From Amphiscolops sp. MND2022 (Eukaryota): a stretch of DNA of 64,000 bases. The notes beneath the pieces were generated by a model. The model did no database searches. It was not told the origin of the DNA and saw only the letters and a list, made by a program, of their open reading frames with translations. This document shows positions 1-11,890 of the stretch, one piece after another. Numbering within the stretch: position 1 is the stretch's first letter; the number at the start of each line of letters is the position of its first letter. Position numbers and translations under genes: made by a program. The stretch lies in contig OZ076409.1 of the NCBI GenBank assembly GCA_964187785.1, forward strand, positions 60,266,001 through 60,330,000. Reading direction: 5' to 3'.

Positions 1-678
1 ATCGAGGGAGACCTATTTTCGTCCAAAGGTTGTTTGGCTCACTGTGTTTCGGCAGATTTCCACATGGGGACCGGAGTTGCCAAGCAAGTCAAAATGAGGT
101 ATTCCACTACATATCCGAAGGACGTCAACCACAAGAAACAGCCAGTTTTTGCGCAGTGGATTGAAGGAGAACATCGCTACGTGTATCACCTGGTCACCAA
201 ACAACGATACTTCGAGAAACCGACCTACGAATCCGTGAAAACGTCGCTGCAACAGATGAGAACCCACGCGGAGTGGTCTGGGGTCGACAGAATAAGCCTG
301 CCAAGGATTGGCTGCGGTTTGGATCAACTGAATTGGAGTGAAATGAGACGTCTAATTAAAGACGTCTTCAAAGGGAGTGACGTAGCTATTACAGTGTATG
401 TATGCCCTCAGCAGAACCCGACTCCCAATTGCGAGACTGACGTCGAAGAAGTTGGAAGCAGAAGGGGAGAACGCCCTTCGCCGACACCTTCCAGCTCGGG
501 GTACATTGACGACTGGTTCGACAGGAACCAACAATGGGAACTGGGAAAGTTCAAGGAGCAAGGGTTGCGGTCTCTCCGACACGAGAGGAGCGAGAATGCA
601 GGATTGTGGTTAGTCAAGCGCGGAGCGGCCCACCCAGATGTCACTGCACCGTACAAACGTGAGAAGATGATGGCTTAA
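1..678 (+). CDS. TARG1/OARD1 (Poa1p-like) macrodomain protein, 5'-truncated by the window edge; possibly mobile-element encoded
   Basis: Frame 1 is open from base 1: IEGDLFSSKGCLAHCVSADFHMGTGVAK...YVYHLVTKQRYFEKPTY...ISLPRIGCGLDQLNW. These are the GDLF, AHCxSxDxxMGxG, LxTK and PRIGCGLD motifs of TARG1-type macrodomains. No intron in the domain; about 90-aa low-complexity tail; stop TAA at 676-678. Confidence 0.9.
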   Translation: MEGDLFSSKGCLAHCVSADFHMGTGVAKQVKMRYSTTYPKDVNHKKQPVFAQWIEGEHRYVYHLVTKQRYFEKPTYESVKTSLQQMRTHAEWSGVDRISLPRIGCGLDQLNWSEMRRLIKDVFKGSDVAITVYVCPQQNPTPNCETDVEEVGSRRGERPSPTPSSSGYIDDWFDRNQQWELGKFKEQGLRSLRHERSENAGLWLVKRGAAHPDVTAPYKREKMMA

Positions 679-1484
679 ACAACAACTATCACTTCGGAAG
701 ATTGACTTGTCTTTGGTTAGATATATTTGACCCGAGACTTCGATTCGGCTTGATGTCTTTATGACCCATAGTGAAACTTTCCTTAGTCTTACGTTTTTTT
801 TGTTTTTGTTTTTTTAAATATAAATCAGGTAACGCCCCACCCGTGAACACCTGAATCCCCTTTGACGTTGTTTCGAAGCGAGCAGAAGGGAAGAAAGAAT
901 TTTGAATTAGCAATGCTAGATATTAGAATTTTGGGAATTACAAAAAAAATGGCGCCTCGAAACAATGCCATCCCCCCCAATGCTCAAGGCAGGTTCTTGC
1001 GTATAATTTTCACGACCCAACGCGACCCGTCCCTGAGGTTTCCCCCTTACAAAGAAAATATGCCTCCCTGTTGAATTGTGACCCATGCCCCATGTTTTAA
1101 TCGCCCTGAGATACTCTTCTATCAAAGCGGTGTTCCGCCTTGACTATATATTTTTTTATTATCTACGATCAATCGACCTCCCCTCCCTAAAATGACTACC
1201 CCGAGTTAATGATGCGGTGCAAAATCAGCGTTTTGTACCTAGTGATGAATCGTAACCCCCAGATTTGCTTTGATATAGTTTTGTGCAGTATTTTTTTTGT
1301 TACATTCTTTGACCCCTGCACCCTTTTCTTTAAAGGGGGCCTAGAAGACTCGACCGAACCCTGAATCGTACTCGTTCGTAAGCATTAAAGGGGACTTTCT
1401 CAAATTAGAGGGAGAGCTATGAATACTGTATTTCAACTTTACCGAAGGAAGTCGATGATGACAGATGATGTTTATATGGATGAA

Positions 1485-1787
1485 TTAAAGTAAGAAATGT
1501 GGAGGGGTTGGCTCCCGCAGAGCACCCCAGAGTTTTTGGCGGGCAATGAGGAGACGAAGTTTTTGCACTCCCACCAGACCAATCTCCGATGTGGCGAGGT
1601 TCCTCAGGAAGATGACGAATTCTACCCAACCAGGGCTAAGGTAGTCCAGACATAACGCGCCCAATTCGCCCTCCACGGTCAGCTGGACCTCGTGATGCTC
1701 TGCAATTTCCATACGGGTGACCTCGAACACCACGCGGAAGTACTGAGACTCCCAAACTAAGTTCAGTAAGAAAGGGCCTTGTGCCAT
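1485..1787 (-). CDS. Orphan 100-aa ORF, unknown function
   Basis: ATG-initiated, in a GC-richer island than its flanks, globular-looking composition, divergent from ORF 2014-2370. No recognisable motif. Confidence 0.3.
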   Translation of the reverse strand: MAQGPFLLNLVWESQYFRVVFEVTRMEIAEHHEVQLTVEGELGALCLDYLSPGWVEFVIFLRNLATSEIGLVGVQKLRLLIARQKLWGALREPTPPHFLL

Positions 1788-2013
1788 GTTGTTGGTTACA
1801 GCGACGAGTTACGATTTTGAATGTTACAAAACTCCTTTTTACTGTCGACTCAGTGGATACAGGATGTCCAGATGTTTTCTAGATAAACAAAAGCTAGCGC
1901 TTCGATATGAAGGGAAAATTGCCCAACTTAGTGGTATCGGTACGTTGAGTGGGTAAAAGTTGACGGATTTCGCAAAGTAAATTTGCCGAGTAAACAAAGG
2001 CCTGAACGGCGAA

Positions 2014-2370
2014 ATGTTCACAACACAAAACTTTCGATCTTCTTGGCGAGCAGTAGAAAAATTCGCATTTTATGAGATGACGTATTTTGGCTTATATTGG
2101 ACCTGGGACTGCCCAGACTTCGAAGAGGTGGTGTTGTTAGAGAGGATCTTCTTTGACTTCGGGGAGGCACCCATGATCGCCCACATCCATTGTTCTGACC
2201 GGCCTCGAAGGCGAAATGTGGAAGTCCATCCAGGGACCCGAAGGTGGACCAGCTTGTTGGCCACGCTTAGAGAAATTTTTCTGTACGCAGGAAATCTTCA
2301 CCGCGAGCATCGGCTGCAGGTCGGGGAATTATTTAATTTTATGTCAAACTCCAGGAAAGTGCGGGAATAA
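2014..2370 (+). CDS. Orphan 118-aa ORF, unknown function
   Basis: ATG-initiated, GC-richer than the AT-rich tract that follows its stop. No recognisable motif. Confidence 0.35.
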   Translation: MFTTQNFRSSWRAVEKFAFYEMTYFGLYWTWDCPDFEEVVLLERIFFDFGEAPMIAHIHCSDRPRRRNVEVHPGTRRWTSLLATLREIFLYAGNLHREHRLQVGELFNFMSNSRKVRE

Positions 2371-3954
2371 CTCGTTTCATATAGCGCCCCTCTTTTATAC
2401 CCGTATATAAATCTCATCTTTCATTAGATCTTTCAATTTCATTCTATTAGTTTAGTTTTAAATGCTTTAAATTGTCTGTTATATAGATATTATTTTTTTA
2501 AATTGATGTTTGACTACCTAATCCCCGCCCTATATCTATACTGTATTGTTTTTTTAAAACCCAGATCCCACGATTCAGCCAACGACAATACCGTTAAGTT
2601 TATTCGGGAGAATAAAAGTCCAGAAGGGAAGAGTGTAGAAATTTTAGTTTTTGGCGTCTACAAAAAAATGCATTGCGTTTGCGCGAAGTACATATGACAA
2701 ATTGAACTGTGTTAATCACGTTTTTAGACCGTCGGAAAAATGACAATAGCTAAAAAGGCTGACAATAGCGTGCTTCGATATGGCTTATTTGGCAAACTAG
2801 ACTTTTATAAAGTAAACGAAACTTAATAGGCGAAATTAACGAGCTAGTGAGATACGCCGATGACGAATTTGTCCGAATTAACTAAGTTAGAATTGACCGC
2901 TTCGAGCAAAATTTACTAAGTTTTTATTTTGGGCAAAAACAAGAGGTATGTAAAAAAACACCACCCCCCCCCCCCGTCCCGGCGAACTACTGAACCGATC
3001 CCGCTGAAATTTGGCACACGTATACCTGAGCTGTTATGCTACTTGTCCATAAAAAGGGAACCGAGCCGAGACCCCCCAGTCCCGGGCTATTAGCACCGGA
3101 AGTGACCTAGGTCGACCCCCCTATGATCTCGTCGGCCAATCACGGAATAAATCAGATTTTGTATGGAATTGATAGCCCATAGGATATTAGGCCGTTTGCG
3201 CATATTTTTGGAACCCTACGACGCGTGTAGGAGGAGCACGGACCCTAAGTAAATAAACCCCGAACGTCATGTAAATCGCCAACGGATGACCCAAAGATCA
3301 TGAAACTTACCCAAGATGTTCACCTAGTAACCCTAAGTAATATACATGAAAGATACATTGATCGGCCCACCACGCGCGGAGTAATGTTTGTTTAAGGCAC
3401 GCGGGACCGGACGCGCGGGCCCGACCGATAAATGACATTTGACCTTGGCTTGTAATATATCAAACGAACCGGAATGATGAATGTAGTCGATTTATAACGT
3501 GAATGAAACCGTATTTGTAACCCATGCGGGTTTAGCCGCCTTAAGTAAACAAACGATACGCATATCACGTAACTCGAAGACCATTGACCCTAGGACGATA
3601 TAACTTGGCATGTAGCAACTTTAGATGAAGACAGATGACTTCAACGTCACCGATGGACCTCAAGGCCATTCTAGATGTAACCCCGGAGCAGATAGGAAAA
3701 CGTACATTAAAACATGTAAATCAGCGTCTTTAAGCGATAATTTATGCATTTCAGTCAGGCGGATCGATTCGCGATGTATTGTACCTAGGATGATGGAAAA
3801 GTAACCCTCATACGTAGAGAGCATGTAAACCATGTAACTGAAGGTCATTAAACGATTGGCTCGATATTGGAAATATCTTGGTTGACTTGAATTATTATTG
3901 AAATGTGAACTTTGTACAACCTTTGTTGAAGTATTTGTCGTGGGCGGCGAAGTA

Positions 3955-4546
3955 TGTCTGGCCGAAACATAACTAGAGAGCTGCCATGCCATAAAAGGAA
4001 TGGAACTACATGAAGTTAAAAGCATGCAAATAAAAGAGCGACATCGGTACAACAAAAATGCGGCTGATGGATAAATATCTCAGGGAGGGAAAAAGAGACC
4101 GAATTGACACAGAAGAACGATTACGAAGTTAAGAGTAAGTTGAGCCGTGTGCGGGCAAGAAACCTACTCGAGATCGAATTTGACTTAACTGCTTTGTGAG
4201 AGCAGAGAATTAGTTACAAGTCCGGGACTTGGAAATCTTTTGAGTGAATCGTGATTCTGGCACAGTCTTGTCGAGTTATTTTATATAATTCATTCACCTG
4301 CTGTGCTATTGTTATCTGATTGAGAGTTTATATACTGTGGAAATCTTCGACTTGTATTATCCAGATAATTCCTGAATTAGAGTATTAATTGCAAGCAACT
4401 TTTCCATAGTGTTTTTGGAGTCGAAACTTGAGCACTGGAGAGACCTTGTGTAAAGAATACGCGATACGTGGACGAAACTTACTCACTAAAAACTAAACCT
4501 TTCTGTTAGAATCGAGCCATTGGGATTTCTCTCCAACCCTCTAGCA
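3955..4546 (+). mobile_element. Possible LTR (3' LTR of an element extending left of the window)
   Basis: Purine-rich GGGCGGCGAAGTA followed directly by TGT at 3955, as at PPT/LTR junctions. Candidate CA end near 4546. No second copy in the window, so boundaries are tentative. Confidence 0.3.
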
Positions 4547-4610
4547 AAAATTTCTACAAATATCGACTATCAAGATGAATCAATCACCGAAGATTGAAAA
4601 GTAGCAAAAA

Positions 4611-4650
4611 GTTAGGTGTGAGGCAAGATTCGAACCACGAACCTACCCAC
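4611..4650 (-). repeat. tRNA-like (B-box) fragment, probable SINE remnant
   Basis: The minus strand reads GTGGTTCGAATCTTGCC (B box / T-loop). No full cloverleaf. Confidence 0.4.
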
Positions 4651-7600
4651 TGGCAAGAGGTGAATCAAACAGATCATCTAACATTGTGATCTTTGAATCA
4701 TTACCTTACCCATTATTGGTAATAAGTTAAAAAGTTCATGTAAAGTTATCAGATTCTATATCTCTGTTGATGCTATTGCAAGATTTCGTAACAAAATTCT
4801 GGTAACAAGATCTTCAATTGTCTAGAGAAATTTCGAAAGAAAACAAAAAATGAAACCTAAAAAACTTGAAACGTGTATCTTGATGATTGAAACAAATGAA
4901 AACGCCAAAAAATTATGTACCTTATCATTGTACTATTTTCAGCATCAAAAAGTAAGATTTGGTTTGAGACTTTTTCTGTGTGATGTTTTAACCAACTAAT
5001 TATTTCACATCTTTTGTGTTTCTCTCATTAAACTGTCTTCTTTCCACTGGTTTGCTTTCATGAAGCAAAATTTGACTGATTTCTTTGACACACTAAATTA
5101 AAAATTGATCTGGAAAAAAATCTTCGACATAAATTTGTAAAATCTTGGTCATTAATGATTTTGCTGTTCTGCTTTTTATCAATCTGAATGACTTTTTCAC
5201 AAAGCGTTTGTACAAACGAAACCTCAAATGGGTTGTGAAATAAGTCTCTCCCGCATTGAGCCCAAAATTTGAAAAACATTTTTGCCCCATTTATTTCTTC
5301 ATAACACATTTATGCTCAAGGTAACGTTTAGTAAAGACGAAATATATCAGAACAAACTTTTTCGACTGTCTATTACAAACAATGAAGTATTACATTGGAA
5401 TCCAATTATCGCCTCCCTGTCACAAAGTCGGCTTGACTTTTTCATTTTTTTTACTCTTTGAGGTTTCATCAAATTTCTCAAGTATTTACATCAAAATATT
5501 TAATACTGTATCCGCTTGAAAATGCCCAATTAAGACAATATTTACCTCTAGAGGTGTTATGAAACATTCTAAAATCAAAATGAAGAGGCCCGATAATTCT
5601 CTTTTGATGAATTCAAACGACACTTCGGTAATTTTCTCATCAAAGCTTTTAAATGAAGTGTTTAAATTGAGTTTTAATGAACTTCAAGTGAGAGAATTAA
5701 TGGTTACACGAGGAGATCTTTCACGCCAATTTTTTCAAGTGCAAAAGTTTGAAGCTATTGAAGACTTCGTGACCATTTTCTGAGATTGCTGATGGATGTT
5801 GTAAAACTATCAAATGGTCACCCCGGCTAACAAATTAATCAAACGGACCAAAAAAATGTTTATTTCATTCTATATTGAGGGTTTATAAATTTCTCAAAGG
5901 AATTTTAAAGGCTGAATTTGCATCGGATTTTTAGAAATTTCCTGATATTTTAGACAGTCATTTAATTTAGTTCGAGCCTGTAAGGTACATGATTTTTCAA
6001 ATGCTGAAATTGTTGTTTAGGGGTTTAAACATAAAAATATTCCATTATACTTACAAATTTCGAATTTTTAGCTACTTCTTTTGACCAACTTCTCAATTAA
6101 TTTGAACGTTTCCGCAAAATCGTCGGAAGAAAAATTAGCTCCAGTTCCTATGTTTGATTTTTTTTCAAAACTTGCGACATACCGCTTTCGCTTTTTCCAC
6201 CCTTATGTTTTTGCTCATCTCTGCAAGCGCACTAACTAGCCCTAACATCAACCACTTTTAAGCAAAATGGAAAAGATAACAAAAATTGTCCGAAGGCGTC
6301 CGACTGCAAAAGTGCCAAAAAAACTCGTTTCATCTACTGAAAATCAATCACCCACTGTTGAAAATCTTAGAATTCTTGGCAAAACCTTGACAACCGGCGG
6401 GATCCTGCAAGGAAATTTAAGATCATGCTGGATATGTATGATTTTTGCCAAGTTTGTCAAAATGTCAGCTAGATTCTTGTAACAGTTTTCAAATTGTTGT
6501 GGGAATCTTGCAGACTATTTGTTGGGTAATTGGTAAAATTTGCCAAAAAATTCCTGAATGTATTTCAAAAGTGTAGTTCAATTTTCCTTCTTTAAATCTG
6601 CATTTGGAAAAAACTGAAAACATGTATTTCCAATGAACTAAATGCTTCGAACGTGGAACAAACTCAATGGTACAATCCTTTGGTGGCGGAATCTCAATCA
6701 AGATAGAACCAAGCGTATGTAATGTATATCTCGATGAAGCAAGTGCTCTCGACGATGATTTCTAATTAACGATGAATTCTAAATTACAGCTGTTTTCAGT
6801 TGTGGACTGTAGTTTTTTTTCTTTCAAGTACTTTTCGAGAACGTTCTCAAGTACATGATTTTATTGATAACTGAAGAGGGGCTCAAGATGAAACGGCGAA
6901 TTTGAAATTAGTTATGAAAGTCTTTTATTTTGGGTCACGTCAGCGCAAAACTGGTTACTTGTTTATTACGTGACTAAGTTGCCGTCCTTTGAAAAAAACG
7001 AACTCAAAAAAACTGAGTTTGACTCAACTGAGGCTAAAATTCGGAACCAATTGAAGCAGAAAATGAACTTGAATAACTGGAAAGGAAATACCAGAAATAA
7101 TCAAAATTCAGAGTTTGTGGAATTCAAATTTTAATTCCATCCGCATTACTTGGAACAGAGAAGGCACTGAAATAACAGTTTGTGGAAATAACTAAATCAT
7201 ACTGTCCTATACACTTCGAACCTTCTTAATCTTCTGCCCTTCAATTTCCTGTCATTTAATCCACTGTTCTATATTTCTAGCAGAACAATGTCAAAACATG
7301 CAGCGCAAAGGCACTGCGATATATTTGTACACAGTGTATTGTTTTTATACGGCCATCTACAGTTGTACCTAGATTTCTGGAGGCTGCTAAGTTTGGCGCT
7401 ACATTAAATTTTTAGGCGAAAAGGATAATTCAGTACAAAAAATTTAATTTGAAGAATAGAAATTATTAAATTGAAATAATTTGTTGCCCGATGGCGTACA
7501 AATGACAAACTTGAATAGTGTTTTCATTGGTAATAGCAGCGCCCTTAATGCAGCTAATACTGCATAAAACGGAAAGGCTGTTTATTGGGTCAACATTTAC

Positions 7601-9001
7601 GGTATTCATCAGCTTGTCTAAGTTTATCAAATGGGAGTAATTACAAAAAAATTGCGGAAGATGTCTTTCCCGGTCATTTAAAAAGAATTTGCGAACTAGT
7701 TGCTGGTGGTATTCATCAGCCCTAAATTTTTCACAGCAAAAAGTTAATTACTATTTTCAATTCCTGAAATTCTATCTTTCACCGTGGGTAAAGTAAATGG
7801 TGCACACCAGAGCTGGGTCAGCCTTATCCTTTTCTTCAGGTTGATTTTTATAAAATATGTTTCTAGTTCTAACTATTGTTTGTAGATACAAATAGGCGTT
7901 GTGCGCGCCATTTTTTGCCAATACTGCTTAGCAAGATCTTCACAATGTCTCTTTGTATTTCAATTGAACACAGCGTATATTTGCGTACTTTCCAATGTTC
8001 CCAACAATTAATATGCCGCAATTTATCAGAATGTTCCTGATACCTAACAACCAAATACTTTCAAAATTCATTACGATACACATCCCGGTACGAACTAGCA
8101 GGATCCTGCTAGTTCGATTTCTGTCCAATCAGCAACTTTTCTTGATGTTGCTCACGACAGGGATCAAAATAGATCCTTGTCAATACCCTGGCTCAAAATA
8201 CCCAGACCAAAATAACAAGTTATCCAATCATTCCGGTGACCGTGCTTACGACAGGGACCAAAATTAAAATTAGTTAGGCAACTATTAATGAGGGCTGCTT
8301 TGAAATTATGTTTTCTTAAAATAGGAAACCTGTTGACAGATCAATCAATTGTTATAATTGTACTAATTAGAAGCTACAAGGTATTTTATTTGCACGTAAA
8401 TGCGTGGATGAAACACACGTGTTCACGTGTGCAACTTGCATTGAATGCAGTTTATACGTACTATGCACGGTAGAGCTTAGTAATGATAACTAATTATTTA
8501 TTGAATCATTGTTTACTTTGACTGATTTACGATGCTGTGGTATGAATTGGAATTAAAATGAACACTGAGTTTTTAATGCATATGAACATGGTGTAAGTTA
8601 ATCAAAACTTTGACTAATTTCCACTTAATGCAAGTATAGCGATCTGCAATTTGCAAAAAGTGGAAGTTAGTCAAAGTTTTGACTGAATTACAAAAAAGAG
8701 TATTTTTGGACTAACTTCCACTTTTCACTAACTACGTGTTTTGACTAGTTTACACTATTTTCCATTATGCGCGTTGACACAGCTACACCGTTGAAGCATA
8801 GACCGTCTTGACTAACTTACGCTGAATGACCATTTTACGGATTACACAGATTACGCTGCGTGACTGAAATCGAAGTCACCGCTACGTGTATCGTAATGTT
8901 GAATACGTTTATCCAGTGGGACACTAATTTAGGTAATCTTCGATTGCTCGTGTTGACTTTTTTCCAGAAAACTTTTGTCAGATGGAAAACTTCACATCAG
9001 T

Positions 9002-9795
9002 TCATCCAAGCTCACCGTACACCATTGTATCGCGGGCACACTCCGTGATTCGTAGAGTCTTCCTTACAAACTTTCGGTGGAGAATTTTTACTTGTTCAAA
9101 GTTTTCATAATCGCACACATCACAATGATACAGCAGAACCGACTTGATCGGTGTGTCACAAACATGTAATTGTGTTTCTACTTGCATTAAAATTTTTGTT
9201 CGAACATACTGCTATTTTATGTGTAGCTTTTTATTCACATTATTTTTATGGTTGATTGAAATGTGTAAATAAAATTGAAAACAAAATTCAAGATAAAGAA
9301 AGGTATCATTTGTTTCAAATGGTATGCCATTTACAAACATATTGGAAGCATTTTAAACTTTTCAACGCGGAAAATCGTATATTTGGTTTTGGGAACATGA
9401 ATGGTCATTTTTTTGTCATAACAGTACTCTGTCGTTGCATCAAATGCTTCCTGTATATCGCCTTCACTTTCAGTCAGGAGTGCAGTGTCATTTGCATGTA
9501 GAAGGTTGAACATTTTCAAACAAAATTCTGGATCTAGGAGATCCGTACTTTTATTCGTATCCAGCTGCACGGAAATCCTTGAGAACTTCCGGCTTAATAT
9601 GTTTTCAAAATCGTTAATGTAAATGACAGCAAGAGTAGGCAATAGGGTATCTCCTTGTCTAACGCCCAATCGGCAGTTGAGAACATCTGACATTTTTCCA
9701 TTAGCTCTAACATATGCGATCGATTTTTCGATACTGAATTTAAAAAAATGAGCAACTAATTTTTGCTTTTGATTTTTAAAAGCTCCTTGAGTCAT
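9002..9795 (-). pseudogene. Degenerate non-LTR retrotransposon reverse transcriptase fragment (RTEX/RTE-like)
   Basis: GVRQGDTLLPTL..IYINDF (RT QG motif), LLHAND (decayed YADD), and downstream RITECARDTMVYGELG in another frame. Confidence 0.8.
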
Positions 9796-10269
9796 TCCAG
9801 CTATGTGTTATCATCGACTCATTTGATTCTTCCCGAATTTGCAGAATTCGAATTTAGAGGTATTTCTTCAGTATATCTAGAGATTTGACTTGATCTCCTT
9901 TAGTTAGTGTCGTTTCCGGTTCATCAAATGACACTTCTCCGGTGGTTTGATTGATTTTGAAAAATGCATTTTCGTAAGATTCAAAGGTGACAAATACCAT
10001 CGTCGACAATTTCATTAACTATCACGCGATCGCTGTGTTGCTTTATTTGGGATTTCAATGAATTTTGGAAGTATCTGAGAATCACTTGATGGCTTCGATT
10101 CCTTGCACCTGATGTACTAAGCCTCCTTTTCTCCAGCTGTTTTTCATTTCACACTCTGATATTTCTCTCCAACATTCGCCAGTGAAATGGATGCAAATTG
10201 ATCAGTAATTAATGGCTGTGTCCACTGTTTCTACCTTTGTATGTACCAGCAAATATCTTTTTAGTAACA

Positions 10270-11036
10270 AACAAGCCGGGACCGGCCCAAGTCGGCGCCA
10301 TATCCAAGGCTCAAAAATAGCAAAAAGACTTCCAAATGTCAAGTATTCTCTTTTACAGTACTCGAAAATCGAAAAATTTACATACTCAAAAAAATGGACC
10401 GAGTGGCGCGACGGGGCTCGCTAGCGCGAGCCCCTGGCGCGCTAAAGTCTCACAATGCCGAAAAACTGAAAGGGGAACCCTTTGAGGTTTTTCAACATCC
10501 ATTCTGTCGCAAAACATGAAAAAATTGAAGAAAACAAAATTTTTTATTTTCGGGAAAAAAATCTCACAATGCCGAAAAAACTGAAAGGGGGACCTTTTGA
10601 GGTTTTTCAACATCCATTCTGTCGCAAAACATGAAAAAATTGAAGGAAGCAAAAAATTTTCATTTTCAGGAAAAAATCTCACAATGCCGAAAAAACTGAA
10701 AAGGGGGACCCTTTGGGATTTTTCAACATCCATTCTGTCGCAAAACATCAAAAAAAACGCAGGGGGACCCTTTGGGGAAAAATTTTTTTCGAAAGAAAGT
10801 CTCGCAGTGCCGAAAAAAATGAAAAGGGGAGGGACCCTTTGGTCTCGCCTGGTATGGTATGTTACGCGGAAAAACAGGAAAAACCTTTTTGGTTCAGTTC
10901 GCTAGGCCAAATAGTGCAATTTGGTGCAATAATATTTTGTAGAACTTTTAAGAACTTTTTTGGTCAGTTCGTGTGGATAGAAAAAAAAGAGTCACTGTAA
11001 TAGTCGCGTTTCACTTCATGAAGCGCCGACTAAAAA
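10270..11036 (-). mobile_element. Full-length HINE/DINE-1-like non-autonomous Helentron element with an internal ~115-bp tandem array
   Basis: Minus strand starts TTTTTAGTCGGCGC...GCGACTA (subterminal inverted repeat plus 5' hairpin). It ends GGCGCCGACTTGGGCCGGTCCCGGCTTGTT (subTIR, 3' hairpin, CTTGTT). Units starting TCTCACAATGCCGAAAAA occur at about 10448, 10562 and 10677, with a variant near 10800. Confidence 0.8.
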
Positions 11037-11639
11037 CGCTAGCTCTTACAATGGCACGTTTTTTTGTCAGACAACGGACCTCACGCTGACTGGCCCACTT
11101 TAGCAGCATTTCGTACACCTAAGTTCTAAAGGTACCTAAAGAAGCCAAAAGGTACCCAAAGAGGACGAAGGGTACTCTTGAGTGTTTTATAGTTCTGCTA
11201 TAAAGGTTATTTTAAGGTTTTACACTTTCACTAGTGCTACCATGGGGTTTTTCGACACTTGCGCCTTTTTTCTGAAAACATATTTCATCGAATAGTCCCC
11301 TTCAAATTTTTGAATGTTTTCTTTCAGGAAAACAGGTTTTTCGTCCATAAAGATTCATTTTCTGGGTTTTTTCGAAAAGTGCGGCTTTTTTTCGTCGGAA
11401 GTTTTCTCTCAAAAATAGTGTTTTCTAACCATTTTTCGTTTGATGTTTTCAGTTGAAGAAAAGGTTTTCTGGAGCCAAATGTTTTGGCACTTCGAAATCC
11501 ATAGGAATTCAATAAAAGATATTGATAATTAGACTAAACGTTTTGAGCGGTTCTGAGGCGTTTTCGCCTTGTTTCTTTTCACACGAAAGAGCAGTTCTTT
11601 TATTACCCAATTCAATCCGAATGAACAGATTGTCCGCAA

Positions 11640-11890
11640 GATTGTCGGTTTTGATTGTGTCAGGGTCCGTGTTAAGTTCTCCTTTTGTGATAATTTCGAT
11701 TGCTGCCGGTCCGGCGCCCCAGATGAAATCTTGTCTGATTTCTGGTTGTTTTGTATCCCATGGGTCGCCGGTGGGTACCGTGTCGGCCGTTAGTATCGGT
11801 TTAGTGTCGATGTTGTGGATTTTTTTTGTAGCGTCGGAATCTTTGGGAACCATAAGGGAGGTCCATTTGTTTTTCCTCTCCCTTTGGAAG
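11640..11890 (-). pseudogene. Gypsy gag fragment related to Gypsy-A/C
   Basis: EIRQDFIWGAGPAAIEII matches EIKDIFLWAIGQNAITEM (Gypsy-A gag) and IKGDVIWALG (Gypsy-C gag). Confidence 0.6.

Noticed and set aside
689..913. TGGALPD peptide shared with the end of ORF 19631-20458
   Set aside because: In Gypsy-A that peptide is out-of-frame sequence after a frameshift; the match is coincidental.
10440..10830. CRISPR-like array
   Set aside because: Whole ~115-bp units repeat without unique spacers, inside a HINE in a eukaryotic genome.
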